This document shows, one piece after another, positions 50,913 to 62,270 of a stretch of 64,000 bases of DNA. Where the stretch lies: contig CM059432.1 in the NCBI GenBank assembly GCA_030390025.1, positions 24,058,001 through 24,122,000 on the forward strand, written 5' to 3'. This stretch comes from Squalus acanthias. Lineage: Eukaryota. The number at the start of each line of letters is the position of its first letter. The stretch's first letter is position 1. A program made the position numbers and the translations under genes. The notes beneath the pieces were generated by a model. That model searched no databases, was not told the origin of the DNA, and saw only the letters and a program-made list of their open reading frames with translations.

Positions 50913-53900
50913 ACATAGAAACATAGAAACATAGAAGATAGGAGCAGGAGTAGGCCATTCGGCAGCTCGAGCCTTCTCTGCCATTCGATGAGATCATGGC
51001 TGATCATCCAAACTCAGTACCCTGTCCCTGCCTTCTCCCTATATCCCTTGATACCTTTAGCCTTAAGAAATATATCTAACTCCTTCTTGAATATAATTAC
51101 TGACTTGGCCTCAACTGCCTTCTGTGGTAGAGAATTCCACAGGTTCACCACTCTCAGGGTGAAGAAATTCCTACTCATCTCTGCCCTAAATGGCTTACCC
51201 CTTATCTTTAGACTGTGACCTCTTGTTCTGGACTCACCCGCCATCGGGAACATCCTTCCTGCATCCAGTCTGTCTAGCCCTGTTAGAATTTTATAAGTTT
51301 CAATGAGATCTCCTCTCATTCTTCTAAACTCCAGCGAGTATAAGCCCAATCGACCCCATCTCTCCTCGTACGTCATTCCTGCCATCCCAGGTATCAGTCT
51401 GGTGAATCTTCGCTGCACTCCCTCCATGGCAAGAACATCCTTCCTCAGATAAGGCGACCAAAACTGCACACAATACTCAAGGTGTGGTCTCACCAAGGCC
51501 CTGTACAGCGGCAGCAAGACATCCTTGTTCCTGTACTCAAACCATCTCGCTACGAAGGCCAACATACCATTTGCCTTCTTAACCGCCTGCTGTACCTGCA
51601 TGCTTACCTTCAGCGACTGGTGCACAAGGACACCCAGGTCTCATTGCACTTCCCCTTCTCCCAATCTATTGCCGTTCAGATAATAATCTGCCTTTCTGTT
51701 TTTAACACCAAAGTGGATAACCTCGCATTTATCCACATTATACTGCATCTTCCATGCTTCTGCCCAATCACCCAACCTGTCCAAATCATACTGGAGTTTA
51801 TCGGCACCCTCCTCGCAGCACACACGCCCACCCAGCTTTGTGTCATCTGCAAACTTGGAGATATTACATCTAGTTCCCTCGTCTAGATCATTAATATATA
51901 TAGTGAATAGCTGGGGTCCTAGGACAGATCCCTGCGGAACCCCACTAGTCACTGCCTGCCACTCGGAAAAAGACCCGTTTATTCCAACTCTTTGCTTCCT
52001 ATCTGCCAACCAGTTCTCTATCCAAGTCAGTACCTTGCCCCCAATCCCATGTGCCTTAACTTTACACACTAATCCCTTATTCGGAAGCCTTCTGAAAGTC
52101 CAAATACACCACATCCACTGGTTCTCCCTTATCTATTCTATCAGTTACATCCGCAAAAAATTCCAGTAGATTAGTCAAGCACGATTTACCTTTTGTAAAT
52201 CCATGTTGACTTTGTCCAATCCTGTCACTGTTTTCCAAGTGCTCTGCTATTACATCTTTTATAATGGACTCTAGCATTTTCCCCACAACCGATGTCAGGC
52301 TTACCGGTCTATAATTCCTCGTTTTTTCTTTACCACCTTTTTTGAACAGTGGGGTAACATTAGCTACCCTCCAATCCATGGGAACTGTTCCAGAGTCTAT
52401 AGAAATTTGGAAGATGACCAGCAATGCATTTACTATTTCTAGGGCCACTTCCTTAAGTACCCTAGGATGTAGATTATCAGGCCCTGGGGATTTATCGGCC
52501 TTTAATGCCATCAATTTCCCTAACACCATTTCCCTACAAATACCGATTTCATTCAGTTCCTCCCTCTCATTAGACCCTATGTTCCCCGACATCTCTGGGA
52601 GGTTATTTGTGTTCTCCTTTGTGAAGACAGAGCCAAAGTATGTATTTAATTGGTCCGCCATTTCTTTGTTCCCCATTATAAATTCCCCTGATTCTGACTG
52701 CAAGGGACCTGCGCTTGACTTCACCAATCTTTTTCTCTTCACATATTTATAAAAGCTTTTACAGTCAGTTTTTATGTTCCCTGCAAGCTTACGCTCGTAC
52801 TCTATTTCCCCCCTCTTAATTAATCCCTTTGTCCTCCTTTGCTGAATCCTAAACTGCTCCCAATCCTCAGGTTTACTGCTTTTTCTGTCCAATTTATATG
52901 TCCTCTCCTTGGATCTAATGCTATCCCTGATTTCCCTTGTCAGCCATGGTTGAGTCACCTTTTTTGTTTTATTTTTATGCCAGACAGGAATGAACAAATT
53001 CTGTAGTTCATCCATGCGATCTTTGAATGTTTGCCATTGCCTATCCACCGTCAACCCTTTGAGTAACATTCTCCAATCTATCCTACCCAACTCGCGCCTC
53101 ATACCATCATAGTTTCCTTTATTTAAATTCAGGACCCTAGTCTCTGAGTCAACTACTTCACTCTCCATCTTAATGAAGAATTCTATCATATTATGATCGC
53201 TCCGCCCAAGGGGCCCCACACAACAAGATTGCTCATTAATCCTTCCTCGTTACATCATACCCAGTCTAAGATGGCCTGGTCTCTAGTTGGTTCCTCGACA
53301 TATTGGTCCAGGAAACCATCCCGTATACACTCCAGGAATTCCTGCTTCACAGTATTGTTACTAATTTGGTTAGCCCAATCTATATGTAGATTAAAGTCAC
53401 CCATGATAACTGCTGTGCCCTTATTACACGCATCTCTAATTTCCTGTTTAATGCCATCCCCAACCTCTGCATTACTGTTTGGGGGTCTGAATACCACTCC
53501 CACTAACGTTTTCTGCCCCTTTGTATTTCTCAGTTCTACCCATATGGATTCCACATCATCAGAGCTAATATCCTTCCTTACAATTGTGTTAATCCCCTCT
53601 TTAACCAGCAATGCTACCCCACCTCCTTTTCCTTTTTGCCTGTCTTTCCTGAATATCAAATACCCCTGGATGTTGAATTCCCAGCCTTGGTCACCCTGGA
53701 GCCATGTCTCCGTAATCCCAATCATATCATATCCGTTTACCTCTATTAGCACAGCTAATTCATCCACCTTATTACGAATGCTCCTCGCATTAAGACATAA
53801 AGCCTTCAGGCTTGTTTTTTTAACAGTCTTAGACCTTTTAGAATTATTATTTACTGTGGCCATGTTTGATTTAAACTTTCTCTGACTGTCACCTTTGCTT

Positions 53901-54414
53901 TTCTCCTTCCTGTCTTTTGCTTCTATCCTTGTTTCCCTTTCTTCTGTCTTCCTGCTCAGGTTCCCAACCCCCTGCCATTTTAGTTTAAACCCTCCCCCAG
54001 AGCACTAGCAAACACTCCCCCTAGGACATCGGTCCCGGCCCTGCCCAGGTGCAAACCGTCCAGTTTATACTGGTCCCACCTCCCCCAGAACCGGTTCCAA
54101 TGTCCCAGGAATTTGAATCCCTCCCCCTTGCACCATTCTTCTAGCCATGTATTCATTTGAAATATCCTTCTATTTCTACTCTGACTAGCACGTGGCACTG
54201 GTAGCAATCCTGAGATTACTACCTTTAAGGTCCTATTTTTTAATTTACCTCCTAACTCCTTATATTCAGCTTTTAGGACCTCATCCCATTCATTACCTAT
54301 ATCGTTGTTACCTATATGCACCACGACAACTGGCTGTTCACCCTCCCCCTCCAAAATGCTCTGCAGCCGCTCCGAGACATCCTTGACCCTTGCACCAGGG
54401 AGGCAACATACCAT
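50913..54414 (-). mobile_element. CR1 LINE (partial ORF1 esterase + frameshifted ORF2) nested in the ERV
   Basis: ORFs 53980-54414, 53255-53863, 52077-53219, 51641-52114 (FADD), 51014-51625; TTCTATGT-type tail. Confidence 0.95.
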
Positions 54415-54418
54415 ACCA

Positions 54419-55717
54419 TGATGTGGCGTGCAGTGCTCTAAGCCAATCCCCCTTTGTTCGCAGTAGTCTTTGAAGACCTTGGATACTTAAAACACACTTA
54501 AATGCTTAAACACAGGTTGGGAATACACGGTACAGGCGAGGGAGAATCACAATATACAAAAACCGTTATCCCTCCCAATCCCAGTTCACTAGCTAGGTTG
54601 GACTCTGGAGAACCAGGGATAATGCTCACCAAACGAATCCTTGGCAGTTGAGAGTTAGGGTTTAGAGTCTTTTGAGTAAAAGGTTTTGTAAGGCCCTTGT
54701 TGCCGCGAGGTGTCCAATGGTCACTGAGGCGGTCGCTCTGGTCTCTTGAACTGCTGGCCTTCTTTGTTGTACTTCTTTCTGTTGAACTCTGCCTCTGTTT
54801 AAACTGTCTTCTTCCGAGCTGTGGAACTGCCTTCTTGCAGAACTGTGGAACTCCTTGCTGCTTCTCTCCTCCTCCTGCTCGTGTCGTGTGGCTCCTGTAG
54901 CGGTGAGTAACTTGCTGTGTCTTGCTGTAACTGCCTTTCTTGGGGGATTAGGCCCTCAATTATACTGTTCAGGCCCATTGTATTTTTCGCTCCACAACCC
55001 CTTTACTAAATCGGTTTTCTCGTTGAAGTGATTTAGGTTTCAGTTGAGGCCTGTTCATTCCATTGTCTTAGGTTTTGGCGGGCTCGTTAAGTTTTGATGA
55101 TTTTAACTTGGTGTTAATTGTCCCGATGGCTTCCGATATCTTCCATTTAGGCAGGGCCTTTATCTACGCGCCAAATCTTGCCCCTTTTGTCTTAGGTTTT
55201 TGGCGGGCTTGTTAATCTGTCCCTGTAGATACTTGGCTGATTGGTTTTTGATGGGGTAATGGGTGTACTGGATGTTTTATTGTTTTCAGGCTTCTAGCAT
55301 CCTGTTTGGGCCTAGGGATTTCAAAAGGGGTCTTGGATTATTCATATTTGGATATGTGTGTGAGGTCTTGGGTGAGGCTCTTCCTCCTTGGTTGGATTGC
55401 AGTGCAAACATCTCCCAGACAGCTTGGCTCGGTCCCAATACCCACAAGCTGTCCACTGCCTCACCACACCCTTTCCTGCAGCCTGTGGAGTTTCTGTGAC
55501 TGCAGGTTTTCCCAATGGCCCTTTTAAAAGGTGTCTTATCATCGAAAAGTCATTTTCCTCAGGGTTTTTCTTCCCTGATCCGTAAAAATGTCCAAAACTG
55601 AGGTTTTGACCTCAAATTCCTTTATTTAGGTCCCATCATTCCAAATTCGTATAAAAATCCCAAAATCACCCCCTTTAGGGTTCTGTTCGAGTTTCTGGGG
55701 AATTTTGCGAATCTACA
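54419..55717 (-). mobile_element. LTR related to 60040-61538, inserted in the ERV protease
   Basis: Right end GGGAATTTTGCGAATCTACA versus GGGAATTTTGAGAACCTTACA; shared ATGCTCACCAA..CGAATCCT motif; left end and TSD not resolved. Confidence 0.65.
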
Positions 55718-56406
55718 CAGTGTAATCAGCTCCCGTATCAAACAGGGCCTTCACTTGTGTGTTTGTGGGCAAGGTTGCCCATGCATAGGGGAATTCAAGA
55801 GGCCCTGGCTGGGTGCCAGGCCTCCAATCCTGGGATTGCTCATCCTCAGGATCCTGAGCTTCATTTGCTGCGTTGTCTTGAATTATTTTAACTGATTTTT
55901 TTTCCTCCCTCTTAAGGGTATTATGTTTTCCAGATCCCTTAGGGGGTTTGTCCGACTGCTTATTATAATGGATTCTAAGCTGTCTATAGTTTTCTCGAAG
56001 ATTGTGGTCATTTATTTCATCATGAGCTTGCCACCTTAACCGGAATTCATGGCCCCCAGGAGCATAGGCTGCTCGGGTCCTGCTATTCGACCATGATTGC
56101 CACCGCCTTGCTGGGCACCTTTCATTAGGCCTCCCAATTGTGCAGGTGTGCACCTTATCATTAAGAATTTATTGGATTTGGAGTATTTGTTTGATTATCC
56201 CACTGGATATTCTGTATCCCCTGGTTCTGGGGATCAACATTAATCGTGCCATGAGTTCTAACGGCTCCTTAGGCATCAAAACCTTCGATCTCAAAAATTA
56301 TCACTTGGTTTTGTGGAGGTACAGGGATAGAATTATTTCCCCTAATAAAGCAATCGTTTGAATTTCCTAATTAAAAGACTTGGCCAATTCCGACAGGGTT
56401 TGCCAT
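55718..56406 (-). pseudogene. ERV gag remnant and aspartic protease N-terminus
   Basis: 'VKALFDTGADYT' active-site motif; possible gag ATG at 56406 with internal stops; the region is too short for a full gag. Confidence 0.7.
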
Positions 56407-56685
56407 TTCTTTAGGACCTAACCTCGGTTAGGGTTTAATTGCGTCAGGACCTAACCTCGGTTAGGGTTTAATATGAACTTTATAAGAAATTTCTAGACCT
56501 CAATGGTATATTGAGGGAGTTCTGATTTAAGTTCTACAAGGCCTGATCAGGGACTTGTCGTCTCTAGAAACTTAAATCTGGGTCTTAGAACCACTGTCAG
56601 TAAACACTCCTTCTATACTTAACAATCTACAGGATATAAATAGATATAAATATAAGTATAGGTTCTGTATCAACTCATTAACACA

Positions 56686-56699
56686 CACGTTGGGTGCCA
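56686..56699 (-). promoter_or_regulatory. Primer binding site, tRNA-Lys1,2 type
   Basis: TGGCACCCAACGTG versus canonical TGGCGCCCAACGTG, 2 nt after the LTR-terminal CA. Confidence 0.85.
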
Positions 56700-56701
56700 A
56701 C

Positions 56702-57918
56702 TGAAAGGATTATTACTAGTCCTAGCCCTTCTCGGGCTACCCCAGATCAGGCGTATTCCCCAGACGTTACCCTTCAACTAAAGTTAGAGATAGACGAATC
56801 CTATAAGACGCTTAATTGTGTCTAAAGGTCCAGACTATCTCTCCCTAAAGGAAAGAAACAACTTGAAGATATTACTGTCCTCCAGATAACACTTTTAATA
56901 AGTTTAACTAGACTGTAACCTTCCGGATATTATGAGGGTCTGGAAAACCCTCCAGAATTCTGCAACTCCTCACAAAAGAGTGTACAGAGATTTGAGTTCG
57001 CGAGGTTGATACAGAAATACTCTGTGAGACAATTCTAAAAATATATAGATTTATTAAGGAACCGACATTTAGTTAACAGCTGATGAGTCAATCGGAACTT
57101 TGACAGTTCAAAATACAAATAGCTTACAATTCTATTCTCAGAGATCCTTATTCTCAAATCTTAACTTCGTTACATTTTTACATTTCTAAGTCTTATTCTT
57201 AATCCAGAATATCCAGCAAAATCAATTAAAGTACCGTTTGATCCCTGAGACTCAAAGAGTTAAAAACTTACAGAGCCTGCCTCTGAAGCTGAGAATCCCC
57301 TGCCCTTTCCAGCGATTTCTGTTTTCCCATTTGAAAATCCCATATCTTATACTCTTTTTGCAGTGGTCTCTCTTTTGAAGTTTTCTGCTGATGTAAGCTA
57401 ATTATCTCTAGTCAGTCTTTCTGTTGACTTCTTTCTATTCTTACTGTTAGTTCAGCTGCTAACTCTCAGAATCCTGTCTGCTGTAAAGCTGTTTCCTAAC
57501 TTATCAAATATGGTTTAACAGATTTATCTATTTGATGCCATTCTTACGAGGTCTTCTATTGAATTCTTAATATCCCCTTAACTCGTTATAAGCAGACGTC
57601 GGGCCAGAAATTCAGCTTTCCAGCTTCCTGCGGGTGCAAGCATCGCGCGCGTACTTGCCTACCGCGCCTGCTGTTGTGCTTTGGGCCCACGAGGACTTCG
57701 GCTCCTGGGACTCCTCCAGCTGCCGGCGCGCAGTGCTTGCGTATCCCAGGGGCGCAGTTAGTTTGAAGCGTCCCCTGGGATCACGTGGGCCATGGAGAGC
57801 CAATGCTAACAGGGCATTTTCATTCATAGATTTGACAGGAAGACCTACTAACTGTTCCAAGTTCAATATAAACACAATGTGATTGCTTGGTACATCTATT
57901 GATATTATATCTTCAAAG
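56702..57918 (-). repeat. 5' LTR of the foamy-like ERV, interrupted and truncated in U3
   Basis: Matches 48270 to about 49240; insertion at 57601-57845; distal U3 lost. Confidence 0.9.
57601..57845. mobile_element. One-ended Harbinger/MITE fragment inside the 5' LTR
   Basis: Begins GGGCCAGAAATTC; absent from the 3' LTR. Confidence 0.6.
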
Positions 57919-60039
57919 TGACCGCATGGGAGGAGCCCTCCAGTACTCGCCAGAGCGGGTGTCCCATTTCTTAGTGGTCTGCTGCATGCTCCACAACTTG
58001 GCCATCATGAGAGCCCAGCCCTTGCCACCAGGGATTGGGGGACCACCTCAGGAGGAGGAAGAGGGAGAGGGAGAGGAGGAGGAAGACAAGGAGGAAGAGG
58101 AAGATGAGGAGGATGATGAGGAGGACGAGGAGGAGGAGGAGGAACAGGAGCGAGGGAGGAGACATCCACTCAATCGGCCCTCCGGAAGTACGGTCCATGA
58201 CCTCCTCATCAGACTGCGGTTCGAATGAATTAAACCCCAGATCCCCATTGCTCACCACATCCCCATCATTCAATCCCTGTCGCAGGCCATATCACAGTGC
58301 AAAGCTGAAATGAGACACACCACAAACTAATTTAATAAATTTATCAAAAATCAGTGAACACATATTTACAACAAAAATATTAACTCTTCACCATTGTGCA
58401 ATTCCCTAGTGCCTCTCGTTACTGTGCCTTTGCCTACTCTGGTGCTCCTATGAAGTGTTGACCCAGTGGCTGCAGCAGGGCAGGTAGAAGGCTGCTGAGT
58501 GTCCGTGCAGGAGACTTCAGATGCCATGCAGGATGCCCTCGCCCAGCTCTGGGCCTGGAAGGCCCGGATGTAGACTGCACCACCTCAGCATGGGCGGCAG
58601 CAGTCTGGGCTGGCTGGATGTCAGGCAGCACAAGGGCAATGGCGGAGTGGCAGTGGTGGGATCAGGAATGCTGTCATCCTGAGAGAGGACAGCAGGTTCC
58701 TGCTCCACTGACCCACTGCCACTCCCCCGGGGCAGCACCTCAGCATTCCTAGCTATCTGCTGGAGCACAGATTGCTGGCCTGCTGCGACACCGTGAAAGC
58801 CCTGGTCGACGGTGGTAGACCCAGCCACGATGGCAGCAGTCAAAGCTTGCGTGGCATCAAGCTGAGGCTGCATGAGAGCAGTCTGAGATTAGATACCACC
58901 AAGCATCAACTGCATTACAGCACTAAGACGTTGCGTCGCTTCCGCCTGTTCTGCAATGGAAGCTGCCAGATCGCTCATCACACGTAGCATCAGGTCTGGG
59001 TCACCACGGTCTCTCTGGGAGTCTACCATCCTTTGCAGATTGCAAATGATGGGCTACATGATGTGCACAGAGCCTTGTGCAATGTTGGAGGTGGACTCCT
59101 CCATGCTCCTTATCATTGCCGAGAGGCTCTCGGGCACCCTTGCCATTGCACCTATCATCTCGGAGTGCATGCCCATCACCCTTCTTCTAAACACCTCCCC
59201 ATCGAGGTCCTCATCTGAGTCCTGTGCAGCCGAACTCGTGCGCGAACTCACCCTCCGGGGAGCTGGCCCCCGAGCTACATTTTCCCCCTGGCCTTGCTGC
59301 AGGCCACTCGTCCCCGGTGCCTCACCCTGTGCAGATCCAGCTACTATACTAGCCTCTAAAGAACACATAGTGCCAGTATCTGAGCTGGTGTCTGCAGTGA
59401 CGCGGTGTGTTCTACCTCCTCCTCTTCTCCTGCCTTTCTCTCTACCGTGCCCTCAGGGACAGGCTGCTCAGGTGCTTGCTGATTATCTGAAAGCATAAAG
59501 GCTCAAGAGTTGGGTTCAGGTGAGGGGAGGGGGGCAGGAAGGGAGAAATGCATGCATGTAGCATGATTAGCTGGAAAGTGCAAAACGCTTGTGGGGTGAG
59601 GGGAAGTGGGATGTGAGAAGAAGGAGTAGGGATGAACATACCGTTATTGCACCCAAGGGGTCAACGTCGCCGGTGGCCATGGCACCCACCACCTGGCACC
59701 CAATAATCTGCAGCACTCTATTCTGCAGGGCAGACTGTGGTTCAGTTTCGGCTTGTCCCCCGCTTGTGTGCTCCTGCTCCCTCCTGTGATGAGCCAACTT
59801 GGCCTGTAAGAGAAAGAAAAGTGCTTGAGTGAGTGTCGAGCAATGTCTTTGGGTGATGTGCCTGCCATAGTTGAATAGCTGTCATTGTGTGCAAGGTGTG
59901 AGATGTGGGTGTGAGTGTTGGTAGGTGGAGATTGTTGGTGGGTGAGTGCTGGGGGTGTGGTGCTTTGGGCAGTGTGTGAAGATTGTGTTACAGATGGTGG
60001 TATGTAACATTTGTTGACGCATTCGCTCACCCTCACCAG

Positions 60040-61538
60040 TGTAGGGGGTGGCGTGTGTGTAGTCAGCTCGCCTCTGACTGGGTTCCTGAGCGGTTTGAAT
60101 CGCTCCCACACCCCTGGGTTCTAGACACCGGACTTAGGTACAGACGGTGATACAGAATTGGAGTAGACGACTGGTTTGGTACAATAAAATCATATTTATT
60201 TTATGAACGATACAACACTGAAAAATTACTGGAATAGTTACAGGCTTCCTAAAATACACATAAATTGGAATGGGGAACACACGGCACATCGAGGGAGAAA
60301 AATCAGTCTTAATCCCCTTACCCATATCTAACTAAGTGTGCTGTGAGGGGCCAGGGATCATGCTCACCAATAAGGGTCGAATCCTGTCGATTAAGTCGGT
60401 TGTAGTTTTGGGATTCGCTCGATGTGTTGGATGGTGGCTGCCGTACCCCGTATGTGGCAGAAAACTTCAGCGGCTCTCCAGGCTCAGTCTTTGCGAATCT
60501 GCTGATATGGTCGGTTTCGTCCTTGCTTCGGTCGACTGCAGTCTGCTTGGCCTTGCTGTTCCGTGTTCTGTAGCTCCCTTGCTGTAATCTGCTAGTCTGC
60601 AAAACTGCCAATCTGTGCTCTGCCTTGCAATCTCTGTTCTCTGTAGAACTGGCTTGTTCCAGCCTCTCGTCTCTGTAGCCCTCTCTTGTTCCAGCACAGG
60701 TCTATAGTTATACGATAGCAAAATACTGCAGATGCTGGAAATCCGAAATAACAACAGAAAACGCTGGAAAAACTCAGCAGGCCAGGCAGCATCCGCGGAG
60801 AGAGAAACAGAGTTAACGTTTCAGGTCGGAGACCTTGGATTGTTCCTTATCTGCCCACCAAATCTTCCCAGTGCTTTGTTTAATTCTGGTGGGCTCGTTA
60901 AGGTCGTTAACTTTAATGGCAGGAGAATGGCCTTTAACCATATTAAATATTTGTTAAGTGGAGGATGATTGCTGGTCTGATGGTTGTTCATTTGTGTTGA
61001 GTTTCGGGCCATCGAAACTGGGCCTTGGTATGAATAGATTGGGCTTTTGGGCTTGTTTTATTCATGTTTTTCTGATATGCCTGGAGTTTTGGTGAGGACT
61101 CCATTCCTCTACTTCTTTGTATAAATGCTAAGCAGTTTGATGGGCTGGAGTGGGGTCATCTGGTTCCCCAGACAGGTCGACCACCTGTAATATACAACAT
61201 TGTCTCTGTAGAGGCCAGCCCCGCCTCCTTTGGCAGCCTGTACTGAGGTCTGCCCAGGCATGTTTTAAAATGTCCCTGGTCCAATATACTCAATTGGTTT
61301 TAAAATGTCCAAAGTCCCTTTTTCTTAGGGTCTCTCTCTTTTCCTCCGAGTCTTTTGGGGGTCTGGGAATTTTGCAACTCTCTTACAGACCCAGGCATGT
61401 CACCTGGCCTGCTGTTTTTGCAGGGCCCTGGTTTCTGTTCAATGTCGCAGGCTTCTGCCACGAGATCTAGAAGCCATTTTGTCTAGGGTACCCCTTATTA
61501 ATAACTCTGAGGAATGTGGGAATTTTGAGAACCTTACA
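60040..61538 (-). mobile_element. Solo LTR inserted in the Harbinger Myb exon 1, TSD CCAG/CCAC
   Basis: TGTAGGGG...CCTTACA; removing it restores 'NDLTWVVR' followed by a GTGAG donor; minus-strand AATAAA near 60195. Confidence 0.8.
60715..60836 (-). mobile_element. Probable Penelope-derived fragment with 3' half of a hammerhead motif
   Basis: Minus strand AGGTC-TCC-GACCT-GAAA-CGTT; CTGANGA half missing. Confidence 0.5.
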
Positions 61539-62270
61539 CCACCCAAGTGAGGTCATTAAATTTCTTCCTGCACTGTGGACCACAGTGCTGCCCGAGATGT
61601 GCTGCGCTACCTCCCTCTACATGGTGTGGAAGACTTGCGGCGAGGGCCTCCTGCCACTTGCCGGGTAGAGCCCCGTCCTCCGTCTCTCCACAGCGAACAC
61701 CAACACCTCTAATGCTTGATCGCAGAATCTGCGGGCTCTCTCCCTGGGACATGTATCTGCCATGAGTTCAGCTGTTTCAATCCTCCGGCTCCTTCTCCTT
61801 GTCCTGCTTCTGCTTGCTGAGGCAGCTTCGATGCTAGCAATGCTGACAATAAGGTCCTGCAGCATCAATGAATCTCCCCTTTAAGTAACGAAAAAAGCCT
61901 GTGGCAATCATGACTTACAATTAGACTGCACCCGATATTGGTCCACCCTTTGAGTGTAACGCCAATGAGCTTGGGCTTTAAGACTTGAATTAGGACATTT
62001 TTTTCAGCAGTGAGCACAAATTTTGCATGCAGTCTAAAGCATTAGCGCCTGGCACTAATTCTCCAACTTTTCTACTGATACTGCCCATTCCTGGGCTATA
62101 ATGAATTTCTAGCCCTAAGGGTACTAGGCATGTTTACATTGTTAAATATTACATCTTAGAGGTGACCTTATTGAGGTAGTTAATATCTTCAGGTGAACAG
62201 ATAAACTGGATTCCAGGGTGTTGTTCAATTTTAATATAAGTTCCAAGACAAAGGGACATGGATTTTATAT

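Larger units (their letters stand above)
48270..57918 (-). mobile_element. Foamy (spumavirus)-like endogenous retrovirus, deleted and interrupted
   Basis: Two similar LTRs, tRNA-Lys PBS, gag/protease remnant, foamy-like integrase C-half, PPT. Confidence 0.82.
46959..62115. mobile_element. Decayed Harbinger transposon expanded to about 15 kb by nested insertions
   Basis: Ends GGGGGAAAAATTC / GAATTTCTAGCCC-TAA; transposase pieces about 47480-48269 and 57919-58228; Myb pieces 58434-60039 and 61539-61763. Confidence 0.88.

Noticed and set aside
55985..56065. Foamy Gag chromatin-binding motif (HNLR or GGHEFR versus GGYNLR)
   Set aside because: Match too short to be significant.
54419..61538. The two related LTRs as ends of a single element
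   Set aside because: Too divergent; 60040-61538 has its own TSD and the interval contains ERV and Harbinger sequence.
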